Position numbers and translations under genes: made by a program. The notes beneath the pieces were generated by a model. That model had not been told where the DNA came from, made no database searches, and was given only the letters and a program-made list of their open reading frames with translations. Below are positions 25,374 to 32,000 of a stretch of DNA of 32,000 bases, in pieces (position 1 is the stretch's first letter; each line of letters begins with the position of its first letter). The stretch covers positions 3,120,001-3,152,000 of the forward strand of contig JALDRA010000001.1 in assembly GCA_031316235.1 (NCBI GenBank), in the 5' to 3' direction. The DNA is from Candidatus Scalindua sp. Lineage in GTDB: Bacteria; Planctomycetota; Brocadiia; Brocadiales; Scalinduaceae.

Positions 25374-25877
25374 ATGAAAAAGAAAATATTTCAACATTAC
25401 CTTGCAGCGTTACTCCTGGTTTCAGTGACGGTTTGTGGATGCGGCTATTCCATGAAATCGTTAATGATTCGTGATATTAATACCATATATATCCCGATAT
25501 TTGAGAATGAGACATTCAGGAGAGACCTCGAGTTTGGTCTCACAAAGGAGCTTAAGGATGCGGTTTTGTCCAGGACCGGGTTGAGGATAGTCAATAAAGA
25601 TAACGCTGACACAATTTTGTCCGGTATTATTAAGGAAATTCAGGAAATGTTCCTTACCCAAAATACTGATGATAATATCGTTGAAGACCAGATTACACTT
25701 ATTGTGGATTTCAAGCTCGTAGAGAGGAGTACAGGCAGGATCCTGGTACAGAGGCAGAGTGTAGCACAGCGGGCGGAATTTATTATAGGCAGAGGCGAGA
25801 CTATTCTCTCTGCTTACGAGGAAGTACTGGCAGATATGGCGGAAACAATAGTCAACCTTATCGAGGAGAAGTGGTAG
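25374..25877 (+). CDS. Small lipoprotein, LptE-like (LPS-assembly lipoprotein)
   Basis: Lipobox LLVSVTVCG|C, about 168 aa. Size and alternating beta pattern resemble LptE, and it sits next to the bamD-like gene. The assignment is tentative. Confidence 0.45.
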   Translation: MKKKIFQHYLAALLLVSVTVCGCGYSMKSLMIRDINTIYIPIFENETFRRDLEFGLTKELKDAVLSRTGLRIVNKDNADTILSGIIKEIQEMFLTQNTDDNIVEDQITLIVDFKLVERSTGRILVQRQSVAQRAEFIIGRGETILSAYEEVLADMAETIVNLIEEKW

Positions 25878-25883
25878 CGTATC

Positions 25884-26741
25884 TTGGCAGAAAAACATCG
25901 CAAAGGTTTTAGAGAGAGAGGCAATGAAACCCTGGTGATGGGAACTTTGAATGTTACTCCCGATTCTTTTTATGATGGAGGAAAGTATTACGGTCTGGAA
26001 AAAGCACTGGAGCGTGCAAAAGGCATGATAGAGGACGGGGTTGACATAATTGATGTCGGCGGTGTGTCAACAAGGCCTGGATCAGAGCCTGTCTCCGAGT
26101 CGGAAGAATTGAAGCGCGTTATTCCCGTTATTAAAGAGTTAAGCAGGGGAATCGATAAACCTATTTCAATTGATACCTACAAAGCCGGGGTAGCAGACAA
26201 AGCAATTGAGGCCGGTGCACAGATAGTTAACGATGTAAGCGGTTTAAGTGCCGATAGCGAAATGGCCAAAGTGGTTGCTGCGAAGGGAGTATCTATCATT
26301 ATAATGCATATCAAAGGAGATCCGCATAATTTTCCAGTGAGCCCCCGGTATGGTGATCTCATTGCGGAAATTAATCTGTTTTTCAAAAGAAAAATTGAAT
26401 ATGCTTTACAATCAGGAATTTCAGAAGACAACATAATACTGGATCCGGGGATTGGCTTCGGAAAAACGATGAAGCACAATCTCGAAATCCTCAGAAGGTT
26501 GAGCGATTTCCGCTGCCACAATCTGCCTGTTATGGTTGGTACTTCACGTAAGTCTTTTATTTGTAAAGTTATAAAACCTTCGGAAGAGGATAGCCATTAT
26601 CAGTATAATTCACAATTTGTCGGGACATTAGTGACACTTGTGATTGCTATGGCAAATGGAGCAGATATTTTACGGGTTCATGATGTGAAAGAAGCCGTGT
26701 ACGTCAAAAAGATGTATAATGCTATACAGAGTCCCGATTGA
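25884..26741 (+). CDS. folP: Dihydropteroate synthase
   Basis: MGTLNVTPDSFYDGG, DIIDVGGVSTRPG, ISIDTYK, NDVSG, ILDPGIGFGKT, GTSRKSF, LRVHDV. Confidence 0.93.
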   Translation: MAEKHRKGFRERGNETLVMGTLNVTPDSFYDGGKYYGLEKALERAKGMIEDGVDIIDVGGVSTRPGSEPVSESEELKRVIPVIKELSRGIDKPISIDTYKAGVADKAIEAGAQIVNDVSGLSADSEMAKVVAAKGVSIIIMHIKGDPHNFPVSPRYGDLIAEINLFFKRKIEYALQSGISEDNIILDPGIGFGKTMKHNLEILRRLSDFRCHNLPVMVGTSRKSFICKVIKPSEEDSHYQYNSQFVGTLVTLVIAMANGADILRVHDVKEAVYVKKMYNAIQSPD

Positions 26742-26832
26742 GCAGGCTTTTGTTGTGCCTTTAAGCTCAAGCTTGCTGGACATAGATGCGATTACGTGAA
26801 TTTACCAGTATGGTCTTGAAGGGATCGGTTTG

Positions 26833-27630
26833 ATGGGAGGATTTTTTGAAAACCTGTATGGCGGGGCGCTCATAAAGACATGTGTAGAGATTTTTATCAT
26901 ATTTATTCTACTCTATACCATACTCAGGATAATGCAGGGGACCCGTGGGACAGGCATACTGAGGGGTCTGGCGTTTATTTTGGTTATCATCGCGATAGTC
27001 ATCCTGTTTTTGATAAAGAAATTAGAGCTCTATACAGTTGACTGGCTTATTTCAGAGTTTTTACCAGTGTTTCTCATTCCGATCATTATCCTCTTTCAGT
27101 CGGAATTCAGACGTGCCCTTATCAAGCTGGGACAAAGCCGTCTCTTCAGGGTGTTTTTTCGCTCTGAGGTGTTAGTAGTTCAGGAGTTAGTGACTGCGAT
27201 AATAAATTTATCTAAAAACAAGATAGGAGCCCTGATCGCAATCGAGCGCGAGGATGGATTGGATCATTATATTGAAAGTGGTATACGGATTAATTCAGAT
27301 GTTTCCAGTGATCTCATCAGCACAATTTTCTGGCCAGGTACACCGCTTCACGATGGAGCTGTTATCATTCAGGATCAGAAAATTGCGGCTGCAGGTTGCC
27401 TCTTTCCTCTTACTGAAAGCGATTCCATAGCAAAAACCTTTGGAACACGTCACAGAGCCGGTATTGGTATTACTGAAGAGACCGATGCAATCTCGGTGAT
27501 TGTATCAGAAGAGACCGGTGGTATTTCGATTTCTGTCAGAGGCCAATTACAGAAAGACATAAATCGGGACGAATTAGAGAAAACTCTGGAAAAATTGGCA
27601 GCTGAGGGAGTTCTGAGTTCTCAGGGGTAG
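26833..27630 (+). CDS. cdaA: Membrane-bound diadenylate cyclase CdaA (DisA_N/DAC domain)
   Basis: Three N-terminal TM helices, then a DAC domain with GALIAIER, PLHDGAVII, GTRHRAGIGITEETDAISVIVSEETGGISI. Confidence 0.9.
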   Translation: MGGFFENLYGGALIKTCVEIFIIFILLYTILRIMQGTRGTGILRGLAFILVIIAIVILFLIKKLELYTVDWLISEFLPVFLIPIIILFQSEFRRALIKLGQSRLFRVFFRSEVLVVQELVTAIINLSKNKIGALIAIEREDGLDHYIESGIRINSDVSSDLISTIFWPGTPLHDGAVIIQDQKIAAAGCLFPLTESDSIAKTFGTRHRAGIGITEETDAISVIVSEETGGISISVRGQLQKDINRDELEKTLEKLAAEGVLSSQG

Positions 27631-27639
27631 AGCCACATT

Positions 27640-28641
27640 GTGAGAAAATTTCTGTTTGGTAATCTAAAAGTGAAGGGAATGGCCTTGATTATGGCCATTT
27701 CACTTTGGTTTTTTGCTGTTAATAAGCATACGGGAGACCTGAGTGAAAATATTCCGCTGATAATAACCCCCCCGGCTGGTTTGACGATACTGGATACGAG
27801 TTCATCTGTGATAAACGTCAGCTTGAGAGGGCCTCAAAATCTGATAGATCAGATACCTGTCATGATAAAAGAGGGCAAGATAAAGGCGAGATTTGATTTT
27901 TCAGAAGGAGAAGATATTGAGGGAGATAAATCTTCCAAAACCATTAGATTGACAGAGAAGAATTTCAACTTCCCGCAGGAAATTCGAATGGTTGCAATGG
28001 TTCCGAATGAGATTGATGTGGTATTGGGAAGGCTGGACAGTAAGTACCTTAAAGTGCAAATTCAAAAAAAGGGAGTCCCTGCCCCCGGATATAAAATAGC
28101 GACCGAATATTTCTATCCCCATAAAGTTCTGGTAACGGGACCTGCAAATGTTCTCAGAGAGTCAGAGATCATTAATACGGTCCCGATAGATATAAATGAG
28201 GTGACCAGCGAGCAGAACAGGACGTTCCCCTGGAATGTGGGCCTGGAACAAAGTCTCACGTATAATAAAGATGATAAATCCGTTTCACTCCCTATTCGTT
28301 GTGAAAGCAAGATAAAAGTGTGGTTTGTCATATCCGAACAGGATGACAAGAAGGTATTCAAGGGGGTTAAAATAAGAGTACTTCATCCAGATGACTATGG
28401 TTTTGTCGTAAAACTCAAGGAGGAGTATATTGACCTCACTCTTCAAGGTTCAAAGATGACGCTGGATAGTTTAGATATAAAGGATATTATAGCGTATGTT
28501 GACGTGGGTACGCTGATCCCGCCGGGACCGTACAAACAACCGGTTGTTTGTACGGTCCCGGCGGGACTCAAAATAGAGGGAAATCTACCCGAGATTCACG
28601 TTGATATCGTTTCGGGAAGAATAGATCAGAAAGAAGATTGA
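27640..28641 (+). CDS. cdaR: CdaA regulatory protein CdaR (YbbR-domain protein)
   Basis: N-terminal anchor NLKVKGMALIMAISLWFFAV, then repeated YbbR-like beta modules. Lies immediately downstream of cdaA as in the canonical cdaA-cdaR pair. GTG start. Confidence 0.75.
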   Translation: MRKFLFGNLKVKGMALIMAISLWFFAVNKHTGDLSENIPLIITPPAGLTILDTSSSVINVSLRGPQNLIDQIPVMIKEGKIKARFDFSEGEDIEGDKSSKTIRLTEKNFNFPQEIRMVAMVPNEIDVVLGRLDSKYLKVQIQKKGVPAPGYKIATEYFYPHKVLVTGPANVLRESEIINTVPIDINEVTSEQNRTFPWNVGLEQSLTYNKDDKSVSLPIRCESKIKVWFVISEQDDKKVFKGVKIRVLHPDDYGFVVKLKEEYIDLTLQGSKMTLDSLDIKDIIAYVDVGTLIPPGPYKQPVVCTVPAGLKIEGNLPEIHVDIVSGRIDQKED

Positions 28642-28646
28642 AAACG

Positions 28647-28669
28647 CGGCACATTGATACTATGTGCCG
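28647..28669 (+). terminator. Hairpin just after the cdaR stop (possible terminator, no U-tract)
   Basis: CGGCACAT-TGATACT-ATGTGCCG, an 8-bp perfect stem 6 nt after the stop. It is followed by GTAAGG rather than a T-run. Confidence 0.3.
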
Positions 28670-28673
28670 GTAA

Positions 28674-28805
28674 GGAAACCCTGTGGCTGCATGAAAACTG
28701 CTCAGATACGAGAAGCTGATTCTGCAGCCGGAACGTACCCATGTACCCGGGGGGGCAGGGATTATTTCAGCAAAGCAGTAGATGGGTAGTTTTCGTTCAA
28801 CCGCT
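28674..28805 (+). repeat. Intergenic repeat family 2, copy 3 (immediately upstream of pdxJ)
   Basis: GGAAACCCTGTGGCTGCATGAAAACTGC...GCTGATTCTGCAGCCGGAACGTACCCATGTACC...ATTATTTCAGCAAAGCAGTAGATGGGTAGTTTTCGTTCAACCGCT. Ends 5 nt before the pdxJ ATG. Confidence 0.75.
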
Positions 28806-28810
28806 TAACT

Positions 28811-29569
28811 ATGATTAAATTAGGTGTAAACGTTGACCATGTTGCTACAATAAGACAGGCGAGGATGACGTATGAACCCGATCCCGTTCTTGCGTCGGGC
28901 CTGGCAGACCTGGGGGGAGCTGATGTTATTACTGTTCACCTGAGAGAAGACCTGCGGCATATTCAGGTGAGAGACATTGAATTACTGCATAAGACGGTTT
29001 TTTCCAAGCTCAACCTGGAGATGGCTACCTCTGATGAGATAATCAGAATTGCGCTCAAGATTAAACCGGAACAGATAACACTGGTGCCTGAAAAGAGAGA
29101 GGAGATTACGACAGAAGGGGGGCTTTCTGTGACGACTCAAGCGAGAGACCTTTCTGAAGTTGTGAAAAAGTTTATCGATAACGGTATATACGTAAGTCTT
29201 TTTATTGATCCGGACAAAGATCAAATCGCCGCTTCCAGAGATGCAGGAGCGCAATCAGTTGAACTGCATACAGGGAAGTATGCCAATGCAAGAGATGATA
29301 AGAAGAGGGAAGAACTGCTTGAAGAATTGGTTGAAGGGGTACGAATTGCTCAGAGTCTGGGGCTGGGTGTGAATGCCGGACATGGCTTGACATACAAAAA
29401 CGTAGGACCGGTCGTTGAAAGATTGGATATTGAGGAACTTCACATCGGGCATAGTATTGTTTCACGGGCTATTTTTGTGGGTCTGAAAAAAGCGGTATGG
29501 GAAATGAAGGAACTTATTCATAAGCATTATCTGATAAAAGGGCTTTCTGAACAGAAAAGATCTTGTTGA
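28811..29569 (+). CDS. pdxJ: Pyridoxine 5'-phosphate synthase
   Basis: [80 protein letters not shown]. Confidence 0.95.
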   Translation: MIKLGVNVDHVATIRQARMTYEPDPVLASGLADLGGADVITVHLREDLRHIQVRDIELLHKTVFSKLNLEMATSDEIIRIALKIKPEQITLVPEKREEITTEGGLSVTTQARDLSEVVKKFIDNGIYVSLFIDPDKDQIAASRDAGAQSVELHTGKYANARDDKKREELLEELVEGVRIAQSLGLGVNAGHGLTYKNVGPVVERLDIEELHIGHSIVSRAIFVGLKKAVWEMKELIHKHYLIKGLSEQKRSC

Positions 29570-29706
29570 TTTACCTTGTTCCTGATGAACGGTCAAATTG
29601 TTCAGACCGATACAAGAGGAATGCTCATATCAGAATTTCCGGGCAGGTTGAGCAGACCTGCAGAGGCATGCAATAAGAGTATTTTTAAGAGGAGGTGGGA
29701 GCTTTT

Positions 29707-30573
29707 ATGTTTACAGGATCAATCGTTGCTTTGGTAACGCCGTTTAATGATGGAATGGTGGATTATGAAAAACTTGCTGAGTTGGTAGAGTATCATATTG
29801 AAAATGGAACAAATGGGATATTGCCGTGCGGGACAACAGGAGAGTCCCCTACTTTGAGCTATGATGAGCATGAAAAGGTTATTTCAACGGTTGTGCAAAA
29901 GGCAAATGGGCGTATACCCGTTATAGCAGGGACAGGTTCTAATAATACGGACGAGGCATTAAAATTAACCGGATATGCAAAAAAGGAAGGTGCCGATGGG
30001 GCGCTTGTAATTACACCCTATTACAATAAACCAACCCAGGAGGGCCTTTACCGGCATTACAAAGCTATTGCGGACCAGGTTGATATACCCATAGTTATAT
30101 ACAACGTTCCTTCAAGAACAGGGGTATCGATATCTCCGGATACGGTTGCAAGACTCTGTGAAATGAAGAATATCGTTGCAATTAAGGAAGCAAGCGGAGA
30201 TATCGATCAGGCGAGTCAGATTATCGCACTGTGTGATATAACCGTCTTGTCAGGTGACGACTCCTTGACGCTACCAATAATATCTGTGGGTGGTAAGGGT
30301 GTAATCTCAGTAGTGGCAAATATCCTGCCACGGGAGGTTTCAGAAATGGTTGCAGAAAGCCTGAAAAGTATAGATAAGAGTGTACAGGAGATGCACAAAA
30401 AACTCTTTCCGATCTGCAGGGCAATGTTTATTGAAACAAATCCGATTTCCGTAAAAACGGCCATGAAACTACTCGGTAGATTAACTGGAGAGATGAGATT
30501 GCCGCTTTGTGAAATGAACAATGAAAATGAGGAAAAACTTCACAATGCCTTGCGGAGCTTTGGTCTTATTTGA
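29707..30573 (+). CDS. dapA: 4-hydroxy-tetrahydrodipicolinate synthase
   Basis: GSIVALVTPF, GTTGESPTLS, AGTGSN.T, TPYYNKPTQEG, IYNVPSRTG, catalytic Lys context VAIKEASGD. The ATG at 29707 is preceded by AGAGGAGG. The ORF is open from the GTG at 29695. Confidence 0.93.
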   Translation: MFTGSIVALVTPFNDGMVDYEKLAELVEYHIENGTNGILPCGTTGESPTLSYDEHEKVISTVVQKANGRIPVIAGTGSNNTDEALKLTGYAKKEGADGALVITPYYNKPTQEGLYRHYKAIADQVDIPIVIYNVPSRTGVSISPDTVARLCEMKNIVAIKEASGDIDQASQIIALCDITVLSGDDSLTLPIISVGGKGVISVVANILPREVSEMVAESLKSIDKSVQEMHKKLFPICRAMFIETNPISVKTAMKLLGRLTGEMRLPLCEMNNENEEKLHNALRSFGLI

Positions 30574-30594
30574 GTCTTGACAACTTATATGATA

Positions 30595-31155
30595 ATGGAT
30601 AAAAAGAAGATAATGAAGGCGGTAAAGTTGTTCCTGGAGGGGATAGGCGATGATCCCGGCCGTGAAGGACTTCTGGAGACACCAAGACGGGTTGCTGAAA
30701 TGTGCGAGGAGATTTTTTCGGGTATCGGAGTCGATTCAGGAGAGCAAATCAAGATTTTACATTCTGAAGATTACGATGAAATTGTTCTTTTAAAAGATAT
30801 TCCTTTCTTCTCTGTTTGTGAACACCATTTACTTCCTTTCGTGGGAAAGGCACACGTTGCCTACATACCGAATGGCAACCGTGTTACCGGTTTGAGCAAA
30901 CTTGCGCGGGTTGTCGATACAGAATCAAAGAAACTGCAGATGCAGGAACGCCTTACAACGGCAATAGCTAATTCGATCATGAAAGCTCTTAAACCAAAGG
31001 GAGCGATAGTGATTGTTGAAGCAGAGCATCTCTGCATGACCATGAGAGGGATAAAAAAACCGGGTACTATCACGCGGACGTCCGTTGTGAGAGGAATATT
31101 TCGAGAGAATCTGGCAACAAGGACAGAGGCTATGTCGTTAATTATGGGTAGATAA
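30595..31155 (+). CDS. folE: GTP cyclohydrolase I
   Basis: [64 protein letters not shown]. The ORF is open from the TTG at 30577 with ATGs at 30589 and 30595. Confidence 0.93.
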   Translation: MDKKKIMKAVKLFLEGIGDDPGREGLLETPRRVAEMCEEIFSGIGVDSGEQIKILHSEDYDEIVLLKDIPFFSVCEHHLLPFVGKAHVAYIPNGNRVTGLSKLARVVDTESKKLQMQERLTTAIANSIMKALKPKGAIVIVEAEHLCMTMRGIKKPGTITRTSVVRGIFRENLATRTEAMSLIMGR

Positions 31156-31187
31156 AAAACCAGGAATCACGTACGTTTGAAATCTTC

Positions 31188-32000
31188 ATGAAAATCAAGA
31201 ATATTTTCGTAATCCTGATATTGGCGTGTTTGATGATAGTTGCTGATAATGAGGCTGATGCGCTGGAAGGTTATGGAAAGGCGCTCAAAGAGATTGTGAA
31301 GGTGAGGCCTTCAGATGATGCGGAAACTGTGGATACCTCTTTGGAAGGGAAAACTCCTGTTGTCGAATTCTTTCCAGATGATGTGATGTTTATTCAAATG
31401 TCACTGAAAGATTGCATCTTTCATGCCTTTAAAAATAACTATGACATTGAAATCGCAAATTTTGACCCTCTCGTCAGAGAGAAAGAGATTAAGGTTGAAA
31501 AGTCAGTTTTTGATCCCGTTCTCAACATAACAGGACAGACCCGGGATTCTGAAACACCATCAAACAGCCTTTTGCAGCTTGGTCTTGACAGTTCCCTGTC
31601 GAGTTTTAATGTTAGTTCACAAACGCTCGATGCCAAAGTAGAGAAACTCTGGTCAACCGGCGCCACATTTACGCTGGGTCTTAATATGAATCAGGCACAT
31701 CTCGATCCCGCCCCATTCTCATTTTTTAATCCCTTTGTTGATTCGTACATAGAAGCCAAAATTAACCAGCCTCTTTTGAGAAATGCAGGTATTTTCTACA
31801 ATAGGAGTAAAATCTACATTGCGAGAAATAATAAAAAAATTTCCCTGTTGCAGCTCAAGCAGACAGCAATCAGGGTGATCAACGATGTTCAGAGGATCTA
31901 CTGGGAACTGGTGAAGGCTATCGAGGATCTCAGGGTACGAAACAAGTCGCTGGAGAGGGCGAAAGATTTATTGAGGAAAAATAAGATTCAGGCCCAGGTT
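31188..32000 (+). CDS. TolC-family outer-membrane efflux protein (5' part, runs off the window)
   Basis: My own translation from the ATG at 31188 is open to the window end (271 codons). It gives signal-like MKIKNIFVILILACLMIVA, then the OEP-family pattern SLKDCIFHAFKNNYDIEIANFDP..REKEI..EKSVFDPVLN... INQPLLRNAG... and a coiled-coil segment. It is not in the supplied ORF track because it has no stop in the window. Confidence 0.8.
   Translation, partial: MKIKNIFVILILACLMIVADNEADALEGYGKALKEIVKVRPSDDAETVDTSLEGKTPVVEFFPDDVMFIQMSLKDCIFHAFKNNYDIEIANFDPLVREKEIKVEKSVFDPVLNITGQTRDSETPSNSLLQLGLDSSLSSFNVSSQTLDAKVEKLWSTGATFTLGLNMNQAHLDPAPFSFFNPFVDSYIEAKINQPLLRNAGIFYNRSKIYIARNNKKISLLQLKQTAIRVINDVQRIYWELVKAIEDLRVRNKSLERAKDLLRKNKIQAQV

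Noticed and set aside
29570-29706. Possible lysine riboswitch upstream of dapA (hairpin GCAGGT-TGAGCAG-ACCTGC).
   Set aside because: The gap is only ~135 nt, shorter than an L-box, and I could not find the conserved L-box cores. It is more likely a simple terminator or spacer hairpin.

Overview
The window splits into two parts.

**1 to ~18.9 kb: accessory island, almost entirely on the minus strand.**
- It starts with a T2SS/type-IV-pilus-like 'pseudopilus' operon: two tandem GspE/PilB-type ATPases, a GspF platform protein and three prepilin-type pseudopilins. No secretin, prepilin peptidase or GspC/L/M is visible in the window.
- A dense c-di-GMP circuit follows: REC-GGDEF, PilZ, CHASE2-GGDEF and CHASE2-GAF-HD-GYP.
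- Interleaved with it are a 641-aa chimeric 'giant pseudopilin' and a small secreted beta-sandwich protein. The giant pseudopilin has a prepilin/DUF1559-like N-terminus, a FecR-like domain, 4 x 48-aa Asp/Cys repeats and C-terminal PLSDxVL repeats.
- Most of the larger intergenic gaps in this island hold a copy of one of two structured, non-coding repeat families that I cannot assign to any known element. Family 1 has 7 copies of 114-168 nt, is modular, and is confined to the island. Family 2 has 4 copies of ~135 nt, all in + orientation.

**~19.2 to 32 kb: tightly packed plus-strand housekeeping genes.** These are purA, uppS, cdsA, phoH, ybeY, recO, bamD-like, lptE-like, folP, cdaA, cdaR, pdxJ, dapA, folE and the 5' part of a TolC-family gene.

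I recognised no rRNA, tRNA, CRISPR array, transposase or integrase. The DUF1559-like pseudopilin N-terminus, the diderm outer-membrane biogenesis genes and cdaA-cdaR suggest a PVC/Planctomycetota-like genome, possibly anammox-type. That is a guess I cannot verify without a database search.
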